Source: Porphyridium purpureum (taxonomy: Eukaryota). Taken from it: DNA of 64,000 nt. The notes below the pieces were generated by a model. The model was not told the origin of the DNA. It made no database searches and saw nothing but the letters and a program-made list of their open reading frames with translations. Location of the stretch: assembly GCA_008690995.1 (NCBI GenBank), contig VRMN01000002.1, positions 1,860,001-1,924,000 of the forward strand, given 5' to 3'. A program made the position numbers and the translations under genes. Positions 10,502 to 20,912 of the stretch are shown one piece after another. Within the stretch, counting starts at the first letter, position 1. Each line of letters starts with the position of its first letter.

Positions 10502-10912
10502 CCCCACTTGAACCCCCAAGGTAACAGTCCGCGGATATTTTCCACCCTTCTTCTCTTTCTCTTCCAACGCCCACTTATCCCGCAGCCCTCGGCAGCACGC
10601 GCACCGCCCAACGCGCGTTCCAACGCTGCACGTTTGCGCCTCACCACGCTCGCCCACACCACGCTTTCCCGCGCCCAACCTTCCTGGTCCGCTACTCTGC
10701 CCGTGTGTTAGTGGGCGTGTCCCTCTCCGCCACACGGCCGGTTTTCCCCCCGCCACCGCTCGAACCAAAGTGTGCAATTGAATGGAAACCGTTAACACGA
10801 CGCTCCGCGCTTGCCCGTTTCGGAAACTTACTATACAGACGGTGCCGTTTTAGTATGAAGCGGCAAAACCCTAGACAAAGAAACAGGGCGATGGAGACTG
10901 TACAGTTCGATG

Positions 10913-13210
10913 TTACATGGCATTGAGAGTGGAGCTGGATCCAGGCGGTGAGAGGGCGCTGCGCGTGGCGGAAGACGTCGATATGGACAGCGCGTCCATG
11001 TCCACGGCCGCGTGGCTGCCGGTGACGCGCGCGCTGTAGTATCCGTTGAAGTCCAGGCGCACGTACAGCTGCAGCATGCACGGGTCGCTTTCGAGAATCG
11101 AGGTTTGGTTCAGGCTGTGCACCAGCCGCATGAGGAACGCCTCGAAGCTCCGTTCAAAGTCGTGCACGGCTGGTAGGGTCGGCGCGCCGCTGGACGGCGC
11201 TGGCGGCCGGCTGCGTGGGTCCTGCTCTCTGTGAAGACGACCGCAGTACGCGCTGAACGCAATGCACAAGTCGCACAGTGAACTTAGCAGCACGATGAGT
11301 CGGCGAAACGGAAGCAGGCACTGCTTCGTGCACACGCTCAAAAAGTCACCCACCAGCTCCTGCACCTTCTCCACCGTGCGCGCCGCGTGGAGCGCTATCT
11401 CGCAGGTTCGCCACTGCTGTTCAATCACATCCTCAAGCACGTACTGCAGCACGTTCTGAATCCATTGGATCATGCGGTGGAGCAGCACAGCAGCGCGCAG
11501 GTTCTCGCTGGTATTTGGAGAGCGGCTCTTTCGGTCAGTGAGAGTCAACCAAGCCTGCAGCAGGCATCGTTCCACACGCTTAAACATAAGCAGGGTGCGA
11601 AACAGCAGACGGTATTTGTCCATGTTCGCCGCAGAAAGCACGAGCTCGAGCGGCCCACTGGCTTGGAAACGGAGCCCAAGGCACTCATAGCCACTAGCTT
11701 CGGTGCGCTGTTTTGTAAACGCCGTATACTTGCTTTTCTCCTCGAGCCCTCCGTACATCTCGCCGAGCTGATCAAGGAGCGCGGCGGGCTCCAGCACGCA
11801 CTGGACCGCACCAAGTGAAAACCACAGCCTCTGTAGCTTTTCGCCATCCAAGTCTGCGCATTCCACCCGATGCGAATAGTCAAACGCGGAGCGCACACGC
11901 TCCAACTGCACGAGAGGACCGGCCTTGCAAAGCTCCTCATGACAAGAGTCGAGGAAGCTCGCCACGCGGCTACCGTCGCACATCAAATAGGTCAAGTTCA
12001 TCCAGCGCAGCGCACTCATGATTCCTACCTTCTTCCGGAGCATGCGGAGCACTTTCCCACTGTTATACTCGTGCCAGTTGCGAATCCGATTCTCCAGCAC
12101 AAAATGAACGTCGCGCTGCGCCGCCGAGCAAATCAGCAGCCTTGGTTCGAGACTCGCTGGGAGCTGATCAACCAGTGGCTCCGTCGAGGACGGAACCTCA
12201 TCGGCAAACAGCTCACTTTGACGAGCGATCATGTAGCTGTGGCGCGTCGCCTGCAACAGGAGCTGCGCGAGTTCATCACTCGAGCCCTGCATCAAACAGA
12301 AAGGCACGGCCTCCTTACGCAAGCTAAATACGCTCGCGGTACCTCCATCTAGCTTTTGCGTTGATTCTTCAATGAAGTAATCACGGTGAATGTCTGGTAG
12401 TACCAGACCAGCTCGCAGCGATAGATCTACTCGTTCGAAAAGAGGCTCTGCACACTGAACAAGCAGCTCCTTCAGCAGCTCGCTGACAGCTGGCTGCGCC
12501 TTACTCTGTAGTCGTATAAGCTTGGACAACACAAGCATGGAATTTGGTGTGCGCTCAGATCCGGCGTGGTCACACGCGCGTACCACGTCTTGCAACGCCT
12601 CAAAGATGATGGCCGGTTGCTCTAGCGCAATCATCAATGAGTAAAACGAAACCACATTATTCCGCACGTCCTGCTCAAGCGCGGCAACCTGGCTCTCGTA
12701 CTCGTTCAGTAGCTCGCGAAGAAAGACCGCCACGCTCACGTGCACGTGGAAGCACGTTCCGGCTGCGCACTCTGCATGCTGCGCTTCAAAGGAAGCCGCA
12801 GCTTGTTTTACAGCGAGATACATGCTGCCCAGCTGACAGGCCGGCTGGGCGGCCTGAAGCAGCCCGGTTTGAGAAGTACTCGGATGCGAATGTTCCGGGC
12901 TGTCACGTTGAGGGCTTGAAACGGGCAGATTCTGATTGTCGCCCGGCGGGACGATGATGGACTTCATTCCAAGCGTCGATTTCTGGCGATAAAACAAGGC
13001 GCATGGAAGCCCCAGCGCGGCGTTCAACACCTCCAACGCGGTGAAGCGCGCCTGCGCATTGAACGGCAGCGCGCGAAATCGCACTGCCATTCTTGCTGCC
13101 TCATCGCTGAGCCGCGCTTCTTCGCGACGCGCCTCGCTCGCGTGGAACAGTTCGAGCTCTACGATCTCCCGCTGCCTTTCCGGCTTCTCATCCTCGTCCG
13201 CGAGGTCCAT
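10913..13210 (-). CDS. Gamma-tubulin complex component (GCP2/Spc97-like)
   Basis: PLELVLS...KYRLLFRTLL..KRVER.L...W, IQNVLQYV..DVIE..W, C-terminal LYVRLDFNGYY. Start uncertain (13210 or 13339). Confidence 0.85.
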   Translation of the reverse strand: MDLADEDEKPERQREIVELELFHASEARREEARLSDEAARMAVRFRALPFNAQARFTALEVLNAALGLPCALFYRQKSTLGMKSIIVPPGDNQNLPVSSPQRDSPEHSHPSTSQTGLLQAAQPACQLGSMYLAVKQAAASFEAQHAECAAGTCFHVHVSVAVFLRELLNEYESQVAALEQDVRNNVVSFYSLMIALEQPAIIFEALQDVVRACDHAGSERTPNSMLVLSKLIRLQSKAQPAVSELLKELLVQCAEPLFERVDLSLRAGLVLPDIHRDYFIEESTQKLDGGTASVFSLRKEAVPFCLMQGSSDELAQLLLQATRHSYMIARQSELFADEVPSSTEPLVDQLPASLEPRLLICSAAQRDVHFVLENRIRNWHEYNSGKVLRMLRKKVGIMSALRWMNLTYLMCDGSRVASFLDSCHEELCKAGPLVQLERVRSAFDYSHRVECADLDGEKLQRLWFSLGAVQCVLEPAALLDQLGEMYGGLEEKSKYTAFTKQRTEASGYECLGLRFQASGPLELVLSAANMDKYRLLFRTLLMFKRVERCLLQAWLTLTDRKSRSPNTSENLRAAVLLHRMIQWIQNVLQYVLEDVIEQQWRTCEIALHAARTVEKVQELVGDFLSVCTKQCLLPFRRLIVLLSSLCDLCIAFSAYCGRLHREQDPRSRPPAPSSGAPTLPAVHDFERSFEAFLMRLVHSLNQTSILESDPCMLQLYVRLDFNGYYSARVTGSHAAVDMDALSISTSSATRSALSPPGSSSTLNAM

Positions 13211-13684
13211 CGCTGCACCAGGCACGTGCCCTCGTCCCTCATGCAACCCACACGCGGACACACCTCTGTGACCACGATTCTCGCGCGCGCTTTTCGAGCA
13301 TCTCAACCTCAAATATGCAGTTGTGATGTAGCTCTGCATTTATATATTCTACTTTTCTGCCCCCACGCTTCATCAAATTTCTAGTTCATCACATGGGGGA
13401 ACCCGCGCAAGTTCGAATCTTGCCGAGTGCGAAATGTGGGCAGCAAGTGCTGTGCACGGCGCACTCGTGTCCGAGCGGTTCGGGAGTCGTAGAAGGAGTG
13501 TGACTAGAATGAAATCTTTTTTGGCTTTTGGAATGGCATCCTATCTGTACTGCGTCAGTTTCACCTCGTTGAAAGAACCTACCGTGACCGCACATGGTGC
13601 AAGATCTCACAGCACCGCCGCAATGAGCTGCAAAGGACTGACTAGCTTTAAATGCCTTGGCGGGTAAATGATTCTCGGCTGTAT

Positions 13685-15166
13685 TCACTGTGCAAGTTTG
13701 GACTCGATCGCCTGCATTTGATCTTTCAGTGCGGCAATATCTCGCGAGATTTGCTGCAGCGCGCCGGATATGTCGTCCGTCGCAGGATTGTTGCGCAGGG
13801 ACTTCACCATTCCGGACATGCCGTTGTCCTGAATGAGAGTGCGGAGCAGCTGCACGACTTCGTCTTTGCTTACTGTGCCTGAACCGTCTACGTCCAGCTT
13901 GGCAAAGAAGTTCTCTGACATCTCCGCGATCCGCCTCTCCTGCAACTCCAAGTCTACGCTGCCTGCCTCATCATCGCCGCCCACTATGACCGCCTCATAG
14001 TCGGCCCAGGAGTCAGATGAACTCGAGCTGGTCGAATTGCCGTCGCAATCAGTCGAGGTCGAGTACCCGCTGAGTGAGCTCTCGCTTGCAACTCCGCCAT
14101 TCTTCGCAAGCTTCAGCCGACGTTTGTGGTCCTTTATGACTTGTCGCTCGGCTTCAGCTTCAAACCCAAAGATAAGCATGCTGCTCGGCACAGCAAAAAT
14201 AGCGACAGAGAAGGTTGCCGTGATAATGATGACCACTTTTGTGTACGCAGGAAAGCCCTCGCCCTCCGGGCCGCCCTGACCAGTGAGCATGAGTGTGGAC
14301 AAATACATGGTGGCCAGCATCGAGGCAAACTGCTCGTCGTCTCCCTGGGGTGGGCGAAAGATGTGCAATAAAAATCCTGTCGAAACAACCAGCATCACGC
14401 ACAGCATCAGCGACATAAAGAGAATGTGCCGATGGAAAAACAGGACACGATGCACTGCTCCGAATGAATGCGCCCATCCGTCCGTGCGGAAAATCCTCGA
14501 CAGCCTGAAAATTCGCACGCCGGTGAGCGTGGGAAGCGAAAGGGGAAAAAGCCGCTCGATAAAAAAGGGCAAGCATGAGATCAAGTCCACGATGGCTCGA
14601 AATTCTATCGCATATCTGAGCCTGCCCCACAAAGGATGCTCGTATTTCGTCTTCTCGGTGATCACGACCATGCGCGCAATGTACTCGACGAGAAAAATCG
14701 TGGACGAAAAGGCCTCGAACACGAACAATACAGGATGGTACCGTTGGAGGAACTCCTCGCTTGTCGAAAAGATGTAGGCGAGCCCACATAACAGGATCAG
14801 TACCAGTACAAAGATCCTATATACCTTTGCTGCGGGCGTGACGGAGCGCGAGCTCAAGGTGAGGTACAACCAGGAATGCCTCGAGGTGTGGTCAATCCCA
14901 TGGCCCTTTTCCTTCTTCTCCACCTCTACACCTTCCTTCGCACGCTTGCCCTTGGGTGCATCTCCCGTGATCATCTGCAGCACGGTCGTGCCGCGTCGCG
15001 TGAACTGGCGGTTCTGCACGCCCACATCTTGCCGGCGCGCTTTGGTGCGTCGCGAGTCCGAAATCACCGAGCCCTGGCCGCCGCCTGGGCGCCGCCTCAA
15101 GTGCTGAAACGGCTGCTGCAGGAGCGGCGCCGCACTGCCGTCTGCCGCGCCGCCGGACCCTTCCAT
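13685..15166 (-). CDS. Voltage-gated (Kv-like, 6TM) ion channel with EF-hand and non-canonical filter
   Basis: IFLVEYIAR, AIVDLISCLPF, S4 RIFRLSRIFR, pore segment YLSTLMLTGQG, EF-hand LDVDGSGTVSKDE, C-terminal coiled coil. Confidence 0.85.
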   Translation of the reverse strand: MEGSGGAADGSAAPLLQQPFQHLRRRPGGGQGSVISDSRRTKARRQDVGVQNRQFTRRGTTVLQMITGDAPKGKRAKEGVEVEKKEKGHGIDHTSRHSWLYLTLSSRSVTPAAKVYRIFVLVLILLCGLAYIFSTSEEFLQRYHPVLFVFEAFSSTIFLVEYIARMVVITEKTKYEHPLWGRLRYAIEFRAIVDLISCLPFFIERLFPLSLPTLTGVRIFRLSRIFRTDGWAHSFGAVHRVLFFHRHILFMSLMLCVMLVVSTGFLLHIFRPPQGDDEQFASMLATMYLSTLMLTGQGGPEGEGFPAYTKVVIIITATFSVAIFAVPSSMLIFGFEAEAERQVIKDHKRRLKLAKNGGVASESSLSGYSTSTDCDGNSTSSSSSDSWADYEAVIVGGDDEAGSVDLELQERRIAEMSENFFAKLDVDGSGTVSKDEVVQLLRTLIQDNGMSGMVKSLRNNPATDDISGALQQISRDIAALKDQMQAIESKLAQ

Positions 15167-16811
15167 GTCGATCGCTGCTTCCTTGGACGGCGCACCACAT
15201 CACCCACGTTCAATCCGGACTACCACGTGCGCGCTCTAGAGCGTTTTAGCGGCTAAAGTACAGTGCGACGAGTTTGGCATAGGCGCGATGCGTTGGAATA
15301 TAGCATTCTAGGACTTGCGCGTGGCAAATGTGGCGGCCAAGAGACTGCATGTGCGACCGTGTTTTGTGCGGCTTTGACACGAGCTGGACGTGCATCCTTG
15401 CGATCCCGGCAGACGAAAGCTTTGTGGGACCTGAATTCGGTGCGTGCGCTGGACTCGCCGGGCAGAGGGACAATGCTTACTTGACAACGGAACCACGACA
15501 TCTGCCACGATAATTGAGATATGTTGGACATCGCGAAGCCTCTCGGTGTGCGGCCTCAGTTGCTCGCAGGGTGGACGGCGATGGAGGAAAATTTTGATAC
15601 GTGCATTCCTGCAGTGGGTCGTGTCCGCTTGAGGTCCGGAATCGAACAGGCAGGGCTGATGGCAGATTCGCCCCATTCCATTTTTCCACGTCTCGGCACG
15701 AGACCGTGAGGGCCAGTGCGGAAGGGGTGAACGGATTCCGCACACATGCACGCGTCCACAGACAGACAATCAGTCTGGCTCATGGCCAAGTGCCGGCGGA
15801 ACGGGCGTCTTACGCATCAGTGCCAGGTTACGTTTCATCCACGGCTCTGTGTCGGCGCCGCACACGACTGTCGCGACGTCTGGTGTCCTGCACATGCAGC
15901 TTGTGTATCATCATGCCAGCTGGATCTGTGGTCTTCCGCCCTCGGCCTTCGGCTTTCCCGCCATGGGCAACGCGTGTCCATCTCGAAGCCACGCATGGTT
16001 TTGCCATCCTCACACCTTTTCCTACAGAACCGCGCCGAATCACGAGATCGCCGTGTCATGCCGCATTCCCTCGGCCATTCAGCCAACGTGTCCGTTCCGT
16101 TGACTCACTGTATAAAAAATACACACGCACCTCGTCTTCAAAAAAATAAAAACCACCCCACCCCTCGAGCGCACCAACCGACAGCGCTTCACTATCGCTC
16201 CTTATAACCAGACCACGCCGTTTTGAATACCAAACAAAAAAACAAAAACCACTCGTTGTCGCCTACAACTGGAGCTGCTGTTGCTAGTGGTGTGACAACA
16301 CACCACGCCGTTGTGCATGTGGGCGCGGTAGAGTTGTGATGACCTTCTCATATTTCCGGGGTGTTTACATAGAAGCTCTTTGTGTTGTGTGCTGGCTGGT
16401 TGTTGGGTGGTAGGTGGTGCTCGGTGCTGCGTGTCTCTTCTTTTCGTGTTCCGTTGGCCCCTTTTCTCCTATGACGGCTAGTTTTTTGGGTGTGCGGGGC
16501 TTTTTCTTTTGCGTGGTGGGTGGTGGACGCGTGTCCATCGCGTGCGTGCGGGTTTTGTAGTAGAATCGTGCCAAAACACACGCTCCGATCCAGACCGAAA
16601 GAAGCGCTGGACCCGCGTCCACAAAGAGGGGGTCCGACGCGCGGGTAAATAAAGCCGGACGTTCGTGTGGGATGCGGGAGGGGTGTGTGCGAGAAGGGGA
16701 AGGGGAAAAGGTGTTGCGAGACTTGGCTTGGTGGTGCGTCGTTGCAGGCACAGCACAACGGCAGTTGGACGCCACGCGTGAAGCACGAAGAGCCGGGTTA
16801 ATATTCACAGG

Positions 16812-17276
16812 ATGGAGCGACTCTCCGGGTGGTTCACGGAGCTGCAGAACGACTATGAAGACGCAAAGTACTGGGCGGAGCACTACCTGGGTGTGGTCGA
16901 GGACGAGACGCTGCTGGAGAACACTATCCAAAACGAGTCGTCGTTGACGCGCGAGGAGGCGCTGAGGCTCTGGGAGCAGGGCTGCGCGAGCTCCGGATCT
17001 GCGAATTGCAAGGAGCGGGAAGCAATGGCCAAGCGACAGAGCAGAATGGGCGACGCCGCCATAGTCAAGAACGAGAGCGCGCAGTTCCGGTTTACAAAGC
17101 AGCAGGTGAATGATCAGAGACACAACGAGTTTATGAACGCTGAGGAGAACGAAATCTTTAACTTTAACTATGATTCGGACCAGAAGAGCGAGGGTGGAAG
17201 CTCGACAACGTCGCTGTCCGAGCAGCGCAGACGCAACGTCAAGTTCAACGAGACAGTGACTATTTTCCGATTTTAG
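16812..17276 (+). CDS. Small hypothetical protein with C-terminal RVxF-like motif
   Basis: 154-aa ATG-initiated ORF with G/C-ending codon bias. Ends RRRNVKFNETVTIFRF. Confidence 0.6.
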   Translation: MERLSGWFTELQNDYEDAKYWAEHYLGVVEDETLLENTIQNESSLTREEALRLWEQGCASSGSANCKEREAMAKRQSRMGDAAIVKNESAQFRFTKQQVNDQRHNEFMNAEENEIFNFNYDSDQKSEGGSSTTSLSEQRRRNVKFNETVTIFRF

Positions 17277-17786
17277 CTCTTCCGTTGAGGCTGTGACTCC
17301 ATGCGCTCGAGGGACAAGAAAGAAAAGGCTTGAACTCGGAACATGTTGATAACTTATGTATTAATCAGAAAGAAAGAAAAAAAAAGATGCGTCATAACTC
17401 CGCCGTTGGTCTCGCTCGCTGAATGGACCATAGGATAAAGAGCATCCATTAGGAACAATAAATGCACTCGTTTGCCCGGCAAGAATTGTTGAGGCGCAGA
17501 GGACAGGCCGAAAACCAAAGCCTTGTAATGTGAGCGTCTCTGCACAATATCTAGAAAGGGAACGCGCCCACGGCTTCAGCATCTTTTCAAGTGACACACT
17601 TTTGCATTACGCGCGCTCGTGAGCGACGGCAAGGTGCTCGCTCACGCAGCCCCAAGCAACATTGACGCGTTCCGTTAATCGCCTGATCCATTGCGCACCA
17701 CGGCGCAGTCATCCCACTGGGCTCGGATCCAGTGTCTGGAACAGAAACAGCGGATGCAAGAAGTGAAGGCCCAAACTTATTCGACT

Positions 17787-19574
17787 TTATACACTTTGCT
17801 TACTATCTCCTTTGACCACTGTGCCTACCTTTCTGTCATGGCGTTTGCTGAGTAGCACCACACCGGACACATTGACAATCACGCCCAGTGCAAAGACGAA
17901 TGATCGGCCATGGCTCAAGTTGCTAAATTCGTCAAAGAAAATGCCACCGCATAGCATGCTTTGAAGGCTCCAGATAACCTCAATCACGGGCACAATGAAG
18001 AGCGCGTCGTACTCGCCGAGCAATCCATTCAGCGTGTACACCCAAAATAGGCCCAATGAGCACCACCCGCACAGCAAGCCCCACAGGCCCGGGTTGGAAA
18101 GCTGGTGGGAGCCCTGCGCGAGAATCAGCATGCAAGCCTTCGAAAGAAATACAGAGTGAACGCACAGTATGCAACCTGCTGCCGCATGCAGTAATCCCAC
18201 GCGATTCACGAGCGTTTGACTCACGTGCTCACGCCCACCAGCGCGTATGACTTTTCCCATGGCGCGTTGTCTTGCAAGCGTGAGCAAAAAGACGCTCACC
18301 GCGACCACGTATAAATAAGTTTGGAACGGGGCCCGCATAAACAGGCGCTGGAATTCGAGCAGAGAAATATGCTTGTAGCCACGATGATTAGCGCTGAACA
18401 CGGTCATAATATTGCCCGTGGCGATCATCACCAGGGGAAATGCATCCTTTGACAGCTGCAGCCGCTCGCCCAAAATTGTGGTCGCGAACACAAGATTGGA
18501 TACTAGCGCCATGGAGCTGAGCGGTGCCATGAGCGACTGCGCGGCAAATCGCAAGCCAAGCACGTTCATTGAACCTCCTAGCGAGTTCAAACCGTACCCG
18601 AGAAACCAGGCAAAGCGCGACCGGTTCTTGCTTCCCTTGCGATTGAACATGGTTTCTCTCAAATTATTGTAGGCATGATGGCTCGACCCCGACGTCTTTT
18701 CGAACACTAGATGCGAGAGACGGATCAGATTCATACCTAGGCCACACAACGAGTAGCCAATGGTGCCACACAGCACACCTAGTGTCCATGCCGGAATCGA
18801 TAGCCCCGCAATTTTGAGCGCGGGTGCAGTCCATTCTTCGCTCGCCTGGTGGCGGCGATGCCGCGCCACGCTATCTTTTCTGCTGCTTCCAGAAGGGCCG
18901 CTGGCACTAAGCACTGCGTCCTCGACCACGTCGTCGTTTTCTCCGCCCTGTTCCCCCTGCGAGTCGGCCTGCGCAAGCTGGTCGCGCCGCTCTTCAATCT
19001 CATTATGCATGTCGACCGAATCGCCTTCATCGCGGACTCGTTCAGATCGGTCCTGCTTCTGAGGATCGTCAAGATTCGCAGCGAGATCATGAGCCTCCGG
19101 ATCCACTTCGTGCTTCACGGGCCGGCCCTCATCGACGACAAGCCCTGGGCGGAACTCGTCGCTCTCGCTCTGGTTGGCCCGCGGCTGCGCACCCCCGTCC
19201 GACGACACAACCGCATGGCCAGATGGACGCAACATGCTTTCATCAATTTCGCTCGGCATCGACCCATTTCTCAGCGCTCCTACATCGCGCATGGGCGCGG
19301 CGCCGTCCTCCTCTCCTGTCACTTTGTCATGCTGCTCCGGCTGCTCCGGCTGCTGCAGTTTCTCTGGTCGCTCGGGCCGCTCGGGCCGCTCGGGCCGCTC
19401 CGGCCGCTGAGGGTCAAAGTGCAACGCGGGCGCCGCGTACACGCAAGCGAGGCATGCGCCTGCTCTCCTTCTGGTCCCTTGATAACGCGCAGACTGCTGA
19501 TCGCGGGCGGTCCATACGATCGCACAGAGCACCAGCAGGCCTATCCCAATCCGCGCACTGCTGCGGGGCTTCAT
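17787..19574 (-). CDS. NIPA-like (DMT superfamily) magnesium transporter with long N-terminal extension
   Basis: GLGMNL, FAAQSLMAPLSSMALVSN, YDALFIVP, GGIFFDEF. Multiple TM segments. Confidence 0.87.
   Translation of the reverse strand: MKPRSSARIGIGLLVLCAIVWTARDQQSARYQGTRRRAGACLACVYAAPALHFDPQRPERPERPERPERPEKLQQPEQPEQHDKVTGEEDGAAPMRDVGALRNGSMPSEIDESMLRPSGHAVVSSDGGAQPRANQSESDEFRPGLVVDEGRPVKHEVDPEAHDLAANLDDPQKQDRSERVRDEGDSVDMHNEIEERRDQLAQADSQGEQGGENDDVVEDAVLSASGPSGSSRKDSVARHRRHQASEEWTAPALKIAGLSIPAWTLGVLCGTIGYSLCGLGMNLIRLSHLVFEKTSGSSHHAYNNLRETMFNRKGSKNRSRFAWFLGYGLNSLGGSMNVLGLRFAAQSLMAPLSSMALVSNLVFATTILGERLQLSKDAFPLVMIATGNIMTVFSANHRGYKHISLLEFQRLFMRAPFQTYLYVVAVSVFLLTLARQRAMGKVIRAGGREHVSQTLVNRVGLLHAAAGCILCVHSVFLSKACMLILAQGSHQLSNPGLWGLLCGWCSLGLFWVYTLNGLLGEYDALFIVPVIEVIWSLQSMLCGGIFFDEFSNLSHGRSFVFALGVIVNVSGVVLLSKRHDRKVGTVVKGDSKQSV
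19365..19408. repeat. 9-nt coding tandem repeat (PER)n in the NIPA-like gene
   Basis: gctcgggcc-type units encoding PQRPERPERPERPE on the minus strand. Confidence 0.85.
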
Positions 19575-19842
19575 TGCTCCAGCACGGGAGTCGGCAGAAG
19601 CACCTTCATGAACAGCACATACATAGGCACTGCGTCCCCTCCCTCCTTCTATCTTTGTCTCACCCTTACTGTATGCGCTGATCTCCACGGTTCACTTTCC
19701 TCGCGTTCGGATGTGCGCCGTGACTCAGAAGTGCGCGATTTGACCGCACGAAGTTTGAAGTGGAGGACGGCGATTGAACAGCAGATTGTTTTGATTGAGC
19801 CGTGACAGCGTGCCTGCCTGCGACTGCACTGGGCCAACAAGG

Positions 19843-20912
19843 ATGAAGATTTACACGCGCACCGGCGATGATGGAACGACCAGTTTGTTCAACGGGCTGC
19901 GCGTGCCCAAGAATGAGCCGCACGTCGACGCTTAGTACGTTTTTCAGGTTCTGATCCAGTGTTTTCCCCTCTCCGTCTCTCGGTCGTTCGCGTAGAAGTG
20001 CGCGTGGACGGCGACGATGCCACTGCCAGAATGAGTCGCTAGTTCCCTGGGACGTTCAGTCACGCCTGTGCGCAGCGCTGTTCGGCCTGGAAACATGGCG
20101 CGGGTGGTTTGTCTGGGTGGAGGAGTTGCTAACAGAATCCTGCTTGATTTTCAAATTCGATATGGGATCGCTAACGGAACGTTCACACGCGGTGCCATTT
20201 ATTGCAACGTGTATGTCTCAGTGGAACCGTGGATGAGCTCAACTCGACGCTTGGACTCGCGGCGTCGCTGTTAGCTCCGGAGCTGGACAGCAACGCACGC
20301 ACGCCCACGCAGAAAGAGTCACTGGAATCCAGTCTCAAGCAAATTCGGTACATTCAGAATCGACTGTTTGACCTTGGGGCGCATTTGGCGACGCCACTGA
20401 CCAGCTCGGATGCAGAATCGATCGCCAGGACCGGCTTCAAGGACGCGGTTAGTGAGCTGCTTGAAAAATGGATGGACGCCATGGACGCAGATCTCCCCAA
20501 GCTGACGACTTTCATTGTGCCTGGAGGTCATGCTGCAGCGTCGGCACTCCACATGGCCCGCACCATTTGCCGTCGAGCAGAGGTACGTTTTTCTTGTAGC
20601 ACAGCTCTACGATGTTTGAACGGGGAAGATCCCATGGGAACCAAAACGACGTGGACGCTAACTTGCTCTTGCCAAATTTTGTTCTGGTCCTTTTCTTCTT
20701 CCTTTCTTTCGGCTCCATGATGGTTCTTTGCTCTGCGTGCGTGCACTGCACCGCAGCGTCAGATGGTGCCGCTGCTGGAGCAAGGAGACCTTTGCGGCGC
20801 CGGGTACAAGTTTATGAACCGACTGTCTGACTATTTGTTCATGGTCTCGCGTCATGTGAACATTCTCACAGGTGACCGAGACGTGCTGTGGTCAAAGGAC
20901 ACGACGGTCTAA
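19843..20912 (+). CDS. MMAB: ATP:cob(I)alamin adenosyltransferase (PduO/MMAB type), three exons (19843-19934, 20222-20582, 20757-20912)
   Basis: Manual splice gives MKIYTRTGDDGTTSL...DA-Y-GTVDELNS...IQNRLFDLGAHLA...FIVPGG...LHMARTICRRAE-RQM...NRLSDYLF. Both introns are GTACGT...CAG and contain GCTAAC branch-point-like motifs. Confidence 0.95.

Noticed and set aside
10866..10873. AAACCCTA telo-box-like motif (also TTTAGGG near 62570)
   Set aside because: Single copies, not a telomeric array. Function cannot be supported from one occurrence.
15250..16800. Many overlapping short ORFs in a long spacer (likewise 20950-22300, 24200-25200 and 42300-43350)
   Set aside because: Arg/Cys/Ser-rich random-like translations with no codon bias or motifs. 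Treated as promoter or UTR sequence.
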